A stretch of DNA of 55,028 nucleotides, taken from a virus (taxonomy: Duplodnaviria; Caudoviricetes). Positions within the stretch are counted from its first letter, which is position 1, and each line of letters opens with the position of its first letter. The stretch lies in IMG/VR virus record IMGVR_UViG_3300025832_000011, positions 1-55,028 of that record. One strand, written 5' to 3'. The translations under genes were made by a program, and so were the position numbers. The notes under the pieces are model-generated. The model did no database searches. It was given only the letters and a program-made list of their open reading frames with translations, and had not been told where the DNA came from. Positions 8,590-16,573 of this stretch are shown piece after piece.

Positions 8590-8680
8590 TCACGGAAGGA
8601 GTCCACAATCGCGATAGATTGGGGGATTCCACAAGATCGCCCCGCACCTCTTCATCTTTTACTCCTGAAAGGTAGAAACT

Positions 8681-8944
8681 ATGGAAATTCTTGTACTCTT
8701 TATCGTCACGTTTTTCGCTGGGGCTTTCTTGTGGATCAGTGCCACCTCCCGTGACCAGCCCCCGAAGGACGAAGACCGCCAGTACCTCGAAGACCTGCGC
8801 AGGTTGGCCAAGGAGGGCTACCTGTTGGACGAGTTCGGCCTGACTATCTGCATGGTCTGCGGTAGCAACTGCGGCCAGTGTGGCTCTGGCACCGAGCGCG
8901 ACGGCCTGACCCTCGAACAATACCGTTTGCGGTACTGGCAATGA
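8681..8944 (+). CDS. Small membrane-anchored protein with CxxC..CxxC
   Basis: N-terminal TM; CMVCGSNCGQC. Confidence 0.65.
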   Translation: MEILVLFIVTFFAGAFLWISATSRDQPPKDEDRQYLEDLRRLAKEGYLLDEFGLTICMVCGSNCGQCGSGTERDGLTLEQYRLRYWQ

Positions 8945-9972
8945 AGAAGTTGCTCTCATGGCTGGTGATTCCCCTCACCGACCATATCCTCGACCGAATG
9001 GCTACGGCCTTAATCCCCCGACCGAAAGATTGGAACTCACCTATGGAAAACATACTGCCAATGAAACGTCCGAGCAGTGGCTTCATGGACAAACTGCTCG
9101 GGGTAGAACACCCCGTCCTCGACAAGGGGATGATCCGGGTCGTTGACTACATGGGCAACGACGAGGCCATCGTACAGGCAGCCCGTGTCAGCTATGGCGC
9201 AGGCACGAAGACGCCCAGCGACGACCGCAGCCTGATCCGGTATCTGACCCGCCACCGCCACAGCACGCCGCTTGAGATGTGCGAGATCAAGCTGCACGTC
9301 AAACTGCCTGTCTTCGTGGCCCGCCAGTGGATTCGTCACCGCACAGCCAACGTGAACGAGTACAGCGCACGCTACTCGATCCTCGACCGGGAGTTCTACA
9401 TCCCCGAGCCGGGCGACATCATGCCCCAGAGCAAGACGAACAAGCAAGGCCGTGAAGGTGAACTGCCCGAGGACGTGCGGCAGGCCATGCGCAAGACAAT
9501 CGAGATGCACTCAGCCAACAGCTACGACTTGTACAACGAACTGTTGACCGGGTGGCCGTGGTACAGCCCGGAAGGCCACGCTTGGGATGACTCTGACGCA
9601 GAGTTCGGCCAGCACGACAAAGATCACGGCATGGCTCGGGAGATGGCCCGCATGGTGGTTCCACCGAACATCTATACGCAGTGGTACTGGAAGGTGGACC
9701 TGCACAACCTGCTGCACTTCCTCTCGCTCCGTGCCGACCCGCACGCTCAGATGGAGATCAGAGCCTACGCAGAAGTTATCTGTGAGATCGTGCGCGGCTG
9801 GTGCCCCGATGCCTACGAGGCGTTCGAGGACTACCGGATGAACGCAGTCACGTTCTCTGCTCAAGAAGTCGCTGCGATCCGGCGCAGGCTCTACGGCAAA
9901 ACGGTCACGGCGACGGGCCTCTCGGTCGGCGAGCAGCGTGAGTTCAAGAAGAAGTTGGAGTACCCTAAATGA
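8941..9972 (+). CDS. thyX: Flavin-dependent thymidylate synthase
   Basis: AARVSYG, RHRHSTPLE, RQWIRHRTANVNEYSARY, AREMAR, HAQMEIR; ATGA-coupled start 8941 (core fold starts near 9085). Confidence 0.95.
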   Translation: MKKLLSWLVIPLTDHILDRMATALIPRPKDWNSPMENILPMKRPSSGFMDKLLGVEHPVLDKGMIRVVDYMGNDEAIVQAARVSYGAGTKTPSDDRSLIRYLTRHRHSTPLEMCEIKLHVKLPVFVARQWIRHRTANVNEYSARYSILDREFYIPEPGDIMPQSKTNKQGREGELPEDVRQAMRKTIEMHSANSYDLYNELLTGWPWYSPEGHAWDDSDAEFGQHDKDHGMAREMARMVVPPNIYTQWYWKVDLHNLLHFLSLRADPHAQMEIRAYAEVICEIVRGWCPDAYEAFEDYRMNAVTFSAQEVAAIRRRLYGKTVTATGLSVGEQREFKKKLEYPK

Positions 9973-10397
9973 GTGACCTGTCACAGGTAAATCTCGTGGC
10001 CGTCGCAGGAGCAGGAGGGGCTATTGGCCCCTCCGATGGTCTGCCGATGATGATAGACGAGGACGAGGCTCGGGCCTTCGAAGATTGGTTCACCGAACTG
10101 ACCCGTGGGGGTGTGATTGTCATGGGCCACAGGTCGTGGGTTTGGCTGCATGATCGGGGGTTCTCTGGCACCTTGTCAGACGAACATCTCTTCGCGCCGT
10201 GGTCTCGGGACTCCGTGGTCGATCCCGATCAGTTCATGGACCTGTGCAAGTCCATGGGCAAGCCGATCTTTATCTGCGGGGGGTTGACCACCTACCGGAC
10301 CTTCATGCCATATGTGCAGCAGTTCTTCATCCGCCGGGTTGCACTGCACCCGCCGCATGATAACTACATGCCACCGATGTTTGGGAGAACACAATGA
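9969..10397 (+). CDS. Divergent dihydrofolate reductase-like protein
   Basis: LVAVA..GAIG..DGLP, VIVMGHRSW, IFICGG.TTY match FolA scaffold motifs. Confidence 0.7.
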   Translation: MSDLSQVNLVAVAGAGGAIGPSDGLPMMIDEDEARAFEDWFTELTRGGVIVMGHRSWVWLHDRGFSGTLSDEHLFAPWSRDSVVDPDQFMDLCKSMGKPIFICGGLTTYRTFMPYVQQFFIRRVALHPPHDNYMPPMFGRTQ

Positions 10398-10723
10398 ACC
10401 GACAACAACGCCGCCGTCACGCCGCCATGCAGGCCAAGATGCCCCTACCCAAGGCCCGCGTGGATGGTCGTCCCCTGTACTATGACGTGGGGGCCGGAGA
10501 GCGCCGTGCGTGCTTCTTCTGCGAGCGCAACGGGCTGCTCGCCACCTACGGGGTCAATGATGTTTTCATGAACGATCCAGCCAACGCCCCGGACGGCTCC
10601 AACGATATGTTCACTGTCTGCCGCCACCACCTCCCCCATGACGCTGTGATCTACAATCAGGCCACCAACCTCTGTCGGAACAAAGAGGGCAGTGATTCAT
10701 GGACAGAGCCGAACGTGGGTTGA
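10394..10723 (+). CDS. Hypothetical protein with MNRQQRR N-terminus and CxxC
   Basis: 109 aa, GGAG RBS, ATGA overlap. Confidence 0.7.
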   Translation: MNRQQRRRHAAMQAKMPLPKARVDGRPLYYDVGAGERRACFFCERNGLLATYGVNDVFMNDPANAPDGSNDMFTVCRHHLPHDAVIYNQATNLCRNKEGSDSWTEPNVG

Positions 10724-10748
10724 CTACCAACCTATCGTTGACTATCTC
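10720..10748 (+). promoter_or_regulatory. sigma70-like promoter
   Basis: TTGACT-N17-TATCTC upstream of ATG 10779. Confidence 0.5.
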
Positions 10749-10778
10749 TACCTGTACACCAGACCAAAGGACCCTGAC

Positions 10779-11258
10779 ATGGCCACAAAACCCGAACTCT
10801 CTGGTGCCCTCGACAAACAGGTCGGTGGCAACCACTACAAAAAGGGCATCCAGCCCTTCCACCTCTCGTATGCCAACGGACATGATGGCTGCATCCACGC
10901 CATGACCAAGTACATGACGCGGCACCGTCGCAAAGACCCCGAGAAGGGGTACGAGGATTGCCAGAAGGCCCACCACATCACGGGCATCCGACTCGATCTG
11001 ATAAGTCTGGTCGGTGAACCTGCGCCCCCTCCGAGGCCGCGCCTTCCTATTCAAGACTACGTGGAAGCGAACGAACTGGTCACCCAAGACGCTGTTGCCG
11101 TCTACGCCATCGAAGCATGGCACGAGCGGTGGAACGCAGGAAGTGCCACACGCCAAGGGGCCACCCACGAGATGTGGCACAACAACATTCGCAGCCTTAT
11201 CCGCGCTGCCGCTCAGGCGGCGTACCCTGAATTTTACAATGAGAAAGATTTCGTATGA
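10779..11258 (+). CDS. DUF3310 family protein
   Basis: KQVGGNHYK, KYMTRHRRK..GYEDCQKA; ATG 10779 with AAAGGA RBS. Confidence 0.8.
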   Translation: MATKPELSGALDKQVGGNHYKKGIQPFHLSYANGHDGCIHAMTKYMTRHRRKDPEKGYEDCQKAHHITGIRLDLISLVGEPAPPPRPRLPIQDYVEANELVTQDAVAVYAIEAWHERWNAGSATRQGATHEMWHNNIRSLIRAAAQAAYPEFYNEKDFV

Positions 11259-11833
11259 ACGACCTACACCCCACCGACACGACCTATGTGATCGAAGTGA
11301 ACCCCCGCGCCTCGGAAGGATACGTCCGCATCCCCGTGGTTGGCTGGATCATAGAAGAGGGTCGCCCCCTGCCCATGACCCTCAACGGCAAGCACACCCT
11401 GATCGGGGGCTGCGCTGTCCTGTTCCCCGGCGGGATGGTCGAGAACCCGTCCGATGGGTACGCCTTTGACTCAATCGAAGCGTGGTTGGAGACCAACCCC
11501 GGCAAGGGCAAGGCCCATGCACCCGCAGAGAAGGCCAAGACGCCTGCTCAGGAGCGCGACGAGGGAGAGATGGGTGCCTACGACATCGAATGGACTGAGG
11601 ACACGTTCAAGAACAACTCGTTCTGGCACTACGATGACGGTGAGTTCGAGTTCGTCTTCCAGATCGACGGAGGCGAGGCTCTGCCCAAGGCTACCAAGTA
11701 TGTGGTCAAGATCAAGCGCGACGAGATGATGGCCCTGAAGAAGAACGTGGACCTCTTGTCCGTGGCCGACATCATGGACGCCAAGCCGCTTGAGGTCGAG
11801 ACAGAAGAAGATGATGGGATGGACTTGCTGTAA
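11255..11833 (+). CDS. Hypothetical two-domain protein, acidic tail ending MDLL
   Basis: 192 aa, coupled to both neighbours. Confidence 0.8.
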   Translation: MNDLHPTDTTYVIEVNPRASEGYVRIPVVGWIIEEGRPLPMTLNGKHTLIGGCAVLFPGGMVENPSDGYAFDSIEAWLETNPGKGKAHAPAEKAKTPAQERDEGEMGAYDIEWTEDTFKNNSFWHYDDGEFEFVFQIDGGEALPKATKYVVKIKRDEMMALKKNVDLLSVADIMDAKPLEVETEEDDGMDLL

Positions 11834-12132
11834 TGGCCGACCTGTCTGAACTCGATGACCTCATGGGTGATGCCCCCAGCGATACTGCTGGGGACGCCAC
11901 CTACCGAGTAACGGCCAACGAACTCCGTTCCTTCGTTGAGCGCATCGAATACAACAACGCGGAGAAGGCCGACCTCGCCGAACAAGGCAAGGAGATTTTG
12001 GCCGAAGCGAAAGCCCGTGGCTACGATACGAAGATACTCAACAAGATCGTAGCCATGCGCAAACGTAACGCTGACGACATCGCAGAAGAGGGGGCTGTCT
12101 TGGAGATGTACATGGAAGCCCTTGGCATGTAG
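11833..12132 (+). CDS. gapR: GapR (DUF2312) nucleoid-associated protein homologue
   Basis: ELRSFVERIE...KEILAEAKARGYDTKIL...RKR...LEMYMEALGM. Confidence 0.9.
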   Translation: MADLSELDDLMGDAPSDTAGDATYRVTANELRSFVERIEYNNAEKADLAEQGKEILAEAKARGYDTKILNKIVAMRKRNADDIAEEGAVLEMYMEALGM

Positions 12133-12341
12133 TGCCAGACTCCGACCTGCTCGATCAGATCGAGGCGATGGGCGCGGATACCGTCTACTTCATTAAGCGT
12201 GGGGACGGCCTCTGGGGGGTGCATGTGCGCCATCCGGGGGCTGGCCCCTGCGCCTACACCCTGACCAACTGCCGAACGCTCCGAGGTGCCGTACAGGCTG
12301 CCGTTGAGCCTTCTGACACAGAAATTGAGGACCTGCTATGA
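12132..12341 (+). CDS. Hypothetical protein ending EIEDLL
   Basis: 69 aa, GTG start overlapping gapR stop. Confidence 0.65.
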   Translation: MPDSDLLDQIEAMGADTVYFIKRGDGLWGVHVRHPGAGPCAYTLTNCRTLRGAVQAAVEPSDTEIEDLL

Positions 12342-12532
12342 GAACCATGACTGAGATTAACGGGGACATAAGCGCAGAAGAGCGCATCGCTGTTCAGGCA
12401 CTACAAGACGCCATGAATTACTTCCGAAGAGTCTCTGGAAAATCTTGTTTGTTGTACGCCTTCAAAACGGAAGAAGAAGCCGAAGCTGCTATGAAGAATT
12501 TCGACGCGGCTCTCGGGGGCACTAGCAAATGA
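12338..12532 (+). CDS. Hypothetical protein
   Basis: 64 aa, GAGGA RBS, ATGA overlaps both sides. Confidence 0.65.
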   Translation: MRTMTEINGDISAEERIAVQALQDAMNYFRRVSGKSCLLYAFKTEEEAEAAMKNFDAALGGTSK

Positions 12533-13260
12533 ACAAGAGCATCGACCCGGATAAAGAATACTCGTGCCCATCCTGCGGACTCGTAGGACCAGAGGCGTGT
12601 GGCTCTGCCGAGGACATGGAGGACTGTCCACACATGCGCATCGCTGACGGGCCTCTGGCTGGCCTCAAGATCAACCACTACAAGGTGATCTACGCAGACC
12701 CTCCGTGGTCCTACAAGACCTTCAGCAAACCCAAGGAGGGCACAGTGCCGCACCGCTCCAAGGACGAGCCGTACAAGAGCATGACCGCCGAAGAGTTGCT
12801 GGCCCTGCCTGTCCACAAGATCGCGGCCAAGGACTGCGTGCTGCATATGTGGGTGATCAGTTCCCATCTCGATCAGGCTCTCGCTCTGGGGGCTGCGTGG
12901 GGCTTCACGTTCAAGAGCCTTGGCATGGTCTGGGTCAAGACCCAGAAGCACAACCCCGAGGTCCCCAAGATGGGCATGGGCAAGTGGTTCCGGCAAGAGG
13001 CTGAGATATGCCTGCTGTTTACCTGCGGGAAGCCCAAGCGGGTCTCTGCCGGGGTGCGCCAGACGATCCTCGAACCTGCTCGGGAGCACAGCCGCAAGCC
13101 AGACGTGGCCTATGAACTGGTCGAAGCCCTGACAGACGGCCCCTACCTTGAGATGTTCTCTCGGTCGAGCCGCGAAGGCTGGGAGGCTATGGGGAATCAG
13201 GCTGGGAAGTTCGACCCCATCGACTTGTCCGAAGAAGCGGAGATCGACGGGCTTCTATGA
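12529..13260 (+). CDS. MT-A70 family N6-adenine methyltransferase with N-terminal Cys cluster
   Basis: VIYADPPW, LHMWV, WGFTFK...WVK, REHSRKP, LEMFSR..REGW..MGNQ; N-terminal CPSC...C...C. Confidence 0.9.
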   Translation: MNKSIDPDKEYSCPSCGLVGPEACGSAEDMEDCPHMRIADGPLAGLKINHYKVIYADPPWSYKTFSKPKEGTVPHRSKDEPYKSMTAEELLALPVHKIAAKDCVLHMWVISSHLDQALALGAAWGFTFKSLGMVWVKTQKHNPEVPKMGMGKWFRQEAEICLLFTCGKPKRVSAGVRQTILEPAREHSRKPDVAYELVEALTDGPYLEMFSRSSREGWEAMGNQAGKFDPIDLSEEAEIDGLL

Positions 13261-13764
13261 AGCTGGGAGAACTCTGAACGTGTTGGACCAACCGCGCATC
13301 TGTTTCACAGGAAAGTCGGGCTTGGTCATGTCTCGTGTCAGTTGGATACGATATGTGCCCGGCCCGACCGCGCAAGGGCGACCGAAGAACCAGTTCCAGT
13401 TGACCGTTCCGTCTGGTCCTAGGACATCCACGATGTCATAGTCATCGACCCCCGAGCCGGAGCAGTAATTCTGGAACACACCTTCTCGACCGCCGGGGTT
13501 GACCTTCTGAACTTCCGCGACCCAGAACCCTCTGTGAGACTCCAAGATCAGGCGGTCATAGATCATGCCGGGGTTACTGCCCTCGACATGATCCGGCACG
13601 TAAATCTCCTGAAGCACGAACCAATCGGTCGCCGGGATGTCCGCCTTCTGCAAAGCCTCCCGGTACACGATCATGTTGACCGTAAGGTACGCCAGCGCGG
13701 ACGCCACGAACAGTTCGGTCAGGCGGGAAAACCACCACCTCGGGCTTGTAAGGTTAGTCAGCAC
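13255..13764 (-). CDS. Lysis-cassette membrane protein (one TM plus periplasmic-type domain)
   Basis: 169 aa, TM LFVASALAYLTVNMIVY, two Cys; last gene of late arm. Confidence 0.7.
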   Translation of the reverse strand: MLTNLTSPRWWFSRLTELFVASALAYLTVNMIVYREALQKADIPATDWFVLQEIYVPDHVEGSNPGMIYDRLILESHRGFWVAEVQKVNPGGREGVFQNYCSGSGVDDYDIVDVLGPDGTVNWNWFFGRPCAVGPGTYRIQLTRDMTKPDFPVKQMRGWSNTFRVLPAS

Positions 13765-14038
13765 GGAGAACCCCTTTCACGAAGTCTGCGATGGTCCCCT
13801 CAGTAACAACCCAGAGTGTCAAAAGGAAGCCGAGAAGGATCGCGGTGTTCCTAATGCTGCTCAGGACCTTGAAGGTTCCTTCCCAACTCTGATACCAATC
13901 AATCGCCCGCAATGCTACCTTGCTCTGGTCTGCGGTGAGCGCAACAATGTGCCCTGTCTCTACCATCCGGCGCAGGTCTTTGAGGGTCTTAGCCTCTTGG
14001 TCTTCGAGCCGTGAACTATCACCGTTACCCCAAAACAT
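13754..14038 (-). CDS. Putative holin
   Basis: 94 aa, single TM (AILLGFLLTLWVV), directly after spanins. Confidence 0.55.
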   Translation of the reverse strand: MFWGNGDSSRLEDQEAKTLKDLRRMVETGHIVALTADQSKVALRAIDWYQSWEGTFKVLSSIRNTAILLGFLLTLWVVTEGTIADFVKGVLRAD

Positions 14039-14041
14039 ATC

Positions 14042-14326
14042 CTACTCCTTCTGTCCGAGTTTAGACGCGACATCCTCGTACTGAGCAACGACGTTCTGGT
14101 GTTTCTTTCGGCAGTCCGCAAGGGCTAACCGGGTATCCGCCACCGCGACATAAGCGTCTGAGTCCACGCCCGGATCGTAACAAACCTTCTTGTCTCTCGG
14201 ATCGAGGGGTGGTGCCTGATAAGGTGCCGCGCCCTCATTTGATCCCAAGCAACCGCTTGCGAAGGTCGTCAGGGATAGGACAAGAGCCAGCTTCCCCGGA
14301 TTCAATTTCTGTCTTGAGTTTTTCAT
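14042..14326 (-). CDS. o-spanin (Rz1-like lipoprotein)
   Basis: Lipobox-like LALVLSLTTFASG-C, Pro-rich linker, overlaps 3' end of i-spanin. Confidence 0.75.
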   Translation of the reverse strand: MKNSRQKLNPGKLALVLSLTTFASGCLGSNEGAAPYQAPPLDPRDKKVCYDPGVDSDAYVAVADTRLALADCRKKHQNVVAQYEDVASKLGQKE

Positions 14327-14597
14327 AGGCTAGTCCCAACTCGGTCAACTCCCCCTCGGTCTTGTCTGCCCGAGCACGGGCGGCTGCCGCTATATCCTGA
14401 GCGATCTCAGATTGGCGGTTCGCTTCTGCCAGTTCCTCTGTTTCATACTTCTCAATACACGCAGCGGTAGCATCGGCCCTTTGGTACATCGTCCAGAGAA
14501 CAAACGCTAGGACAACCACAAGGAATTTACCCGCCGGGCTGAAGAGGAACCCGGCGAATCGTTTGAAAGATGTGGCTGCGAGCCACCCGCTAATCAT
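14235..14597 (-). CDS. i-spanin (Rz-like)
   Basis: ATG 14597 overlapping endolysin stop; N-terminal TM, coiled coil, C-terminal CPIPDD. Confidence 0.75.
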   Translation of the reverse strand: MISGWLAATSFKRFAGFLFSPAGKFLVVVLAFVLWTMYQRADATAACIEKYETEELAEANRQSEIAQDIAAAARARADKTEGELTELGLAYEKLKTEIESGEAGSCPIPDDLRKRLLGIK

Positions 14598-15778
14598 ACT
14601 GGACCTGCGAAGGCTGTCTTGCCTGACCGCTGGTCGTCCAGACGGGCTGCGGTGCTCTTGCGGCTGTTCCACCAGACGAACGCGCCCACGGCCAACGCGA
14701 CCCACGGCAGCGCCGGGATCAGGAGGTCCATGTACGGCTCGACGGTGCTCAGGATGGACGAGACGGTGCCCGCCTGCTCTTCGACCTGCTTCAGGACCGC
14801 TGCGGTGCCCGCCACACCCCCTCCTACGGCTGTTACGGCACCACCTATGCCCGTGGCGTCGTTGGCGTCCACGATACGGCTGTTAGCGGCTCTGAGGTCC
14901 GCTACAGTGCTGCTGGCCCGCTCTTCACCCACGTCGCGCTCGGGTGCCCCGAACAGTTTCGTGATGAACTCGCTGTCGATCCCGTCATAGATCGGGAGAC
15001 CGCTGTCCACACGGAAGGCTACGATCCCTGCCCGCGTGCGACTGCCCATCTTGCCGTCAGCCCAGCCGACCTCGGTGTACCGGAGTTCGCCCAGACGGCG
15101 CTGGATGCGCTTGAGGAGCACCGCGTCCGGTACGATGATCTCGACCGGAGCCTTGTCCGCCTTCCAGCCAGAGTCCGCGATCCCGGTCAGCTTGGCATAC
15201 TCCCGAGCCATCTTCGTGTGGTAGCCGTTCTTCTCGTAGCCGGGGCCGTTGTAGATGCGCGCCACGGTGCGCCACCGCTCAGCCCGGAGGTCATCGGCGA
15301 TCCCGTTGACGAGGATGAACTTGACCATCGCTTCGACGTGCTCTTCTTCGTCACGCATGAAGGCTCGCACCATCTCTTCGGCGCTGCTGAAGCCGACCAC
15401 CGAGAAGTTCTCCCCGAGGACTTGTGAGGACCCCCACGAGCACGCCTTCAGGGCTGCCTCGACGTTGATAGCCATGGCCTTCTTGAGCCACTGGTAACGA
15501 GCGTCAGAGGTCTTGGGGTAGGGCTTCTGCCCCCACTTCGGGTAGGCCAACCCCTGCCGCACGGCCTCGTCGCGCTCAGCGCCTCGGAGGTTGCGGTAGA
15601 AGACATGCGGCTCGGTCAGGATGACAGGTCGTCCAGCGCGGTCGAAGCCCTGCGATCTGGACTCTACGTTGAGGAAGGCTTGGAGGTGGTCTTCGGATAC
15701 GCCGATCCGGTAGGCAAGCTGGGGCACGTCATATTTGTCGAGTGCTCTCCCTGCGCCTTTGAAGTCTGTGATAGTCAT
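14594..15778 (-). CDS. Endolysin: DUF3380 N-acetylmuramidase + peptidoglycan-binding domain + C-terminal hydrophobic segments
   Basis: VESRSQGF...ILTEPHVFYR, SWGSSQVLGENF, ARIYNGPGY; IQRRL..L.Y...ADGKMGSRTRAGIVAF. Confidence 0.9.
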   Translation of the reverse strand: MTITDFKGAGRALDKYDVPQLAYRIGVSEDHLQAFLNVESRSQGFDRAGRPVILTEPHVFYRNLRGAERDEAVRQGLAYPKWGQKPYPKTSDARYQWLKKAMAINVEAALKACSWGSSQVLGENFSVVGFSSAEEMVRAFMRDEEEHVEAMVKFILVNGIADDLRAERWRTVARIYNGPGYEKNGYHTKMAREYAKLTGIADSGWKADKAPVEIIVPDAVLLKRIQRRLGELRYTEVGWADGKMGSRTRAGIVAFRVDSGLPIYDGIDSEFITKLFGAPERDVGEERASSTVADLRAANSRIVDANDATGIGGAVTAVGGGVAGTAAVLKQVEEQAGTVSSILSTVEPYMDLLIPALPWVALAVGAFVWWNSRKSTAARLDDQRSGKTAFAGPV

Positions 15779-15781
15779 GGT

Positions 15782-15818
15782 GATCCCCTATGATTTCATG
15801 ATTCAACCATAGGGGATC
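15782..15818 (-). promoter_or_regulatory. Hairpin sequestering the endolysin RBS
   Basis: GATCCCCTATG / CATAGGGGATC 11-bp perfect inverted repeat ending 3 nt before ATG 15778. Confidence 0.7.
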
Positions 15819-15837
15819 GGTAGCTTATTGGGAAGCC

Positions 15838-16563
15838 TTACGCAGTCGCGTACCAATCAGCGATGGCGTTGTGGACGGCGAGGATGTCCGCGTCAGACAG
15901 GATGGCTTGGAACGCCAGAACGTCGCCCACGTATCCGCGCCATGACCGGGCAGGGAAACCCTTGTCCCCGAACAGCGTTCCCGCCGCCGAGAAAGAGGCG
16001 TTGTTCGTTACTGCGATCCCTCGCTTCACGGAGGGCAGCCAAGGGTCTGTTTTGAGGGCCGGAGCACCATCGTAGAAATAGGTCATGTTGTGGAAGAAGG
16101 TGGTCAGACCGGATGCGCCCGTGATCTCAGCGGACGCCCCAATACCGTCCGAGATCAAGCCGTCGAAGTCATCGAACGCAGCGTCGAGTCCATCCTTGTA
16201 TCCTGCGACGGCAATGAGCGTCCGAGCCTCTGCGATGTTGTCGAAGGTGTACTGCGCGTCGGCAGCTTGCAGGTCGAACACGTCGCGGTCGTTCCACTCG
16301 GGGCGGTTGGCCACCTTGGCACGACCTGCGTAGATCGGGGTCGCGTCGTTGGTGGCCCCGTTAGAGCCTTGGTTCAGGATTTTCGTGATGTTCCCGGACC
16401 CGTCAACCTCGACATCCCTAGCAGACCACCACCCGAGGGGGGCCGTGACGCCTTCAGGCATGACCGGAGCAGACGCCCCACCACCACCGCCACCACCGCC
16501 GCCAAGAGGCGAGCCGAGAAGGTTCTGGATTGTAGTGTGGCTGTTTCTGTTGGCGCTGATCAT
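15838..16563 (-). CDS. Tail-associated protein, LamG/concanavalin-like beta-sandwich
   Basis: Poly-Gly linker, GWWSARD...WRGYVGDVLAFQAILSDADILAVHN pattern; GGAGG RBS. Confidence 0.7.
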   Translation of the reverse strand: MISANRNSHTTIQNLLGSPLGGGGGGGGGASAPVMPEGVTAPLGWWSARDVEVDGSGNITKILNQGSNGATNDATPIYAGRAKVANRPEWNDRDVFDLQAADAQYTFDNIAEARTLIAVAGYKDGLDAAFDDFDGLISDGIGASAEITGASGLTTFFHNMTYFYDGAPALKTDPWLPSVKRGIAVTNNASFSAAGTLFGDKGFPARSWRGYVGDVLAFQAILSDADILAVHNAIADWYATA

Positions 16564-16573
16564 TGGTAGCCTC

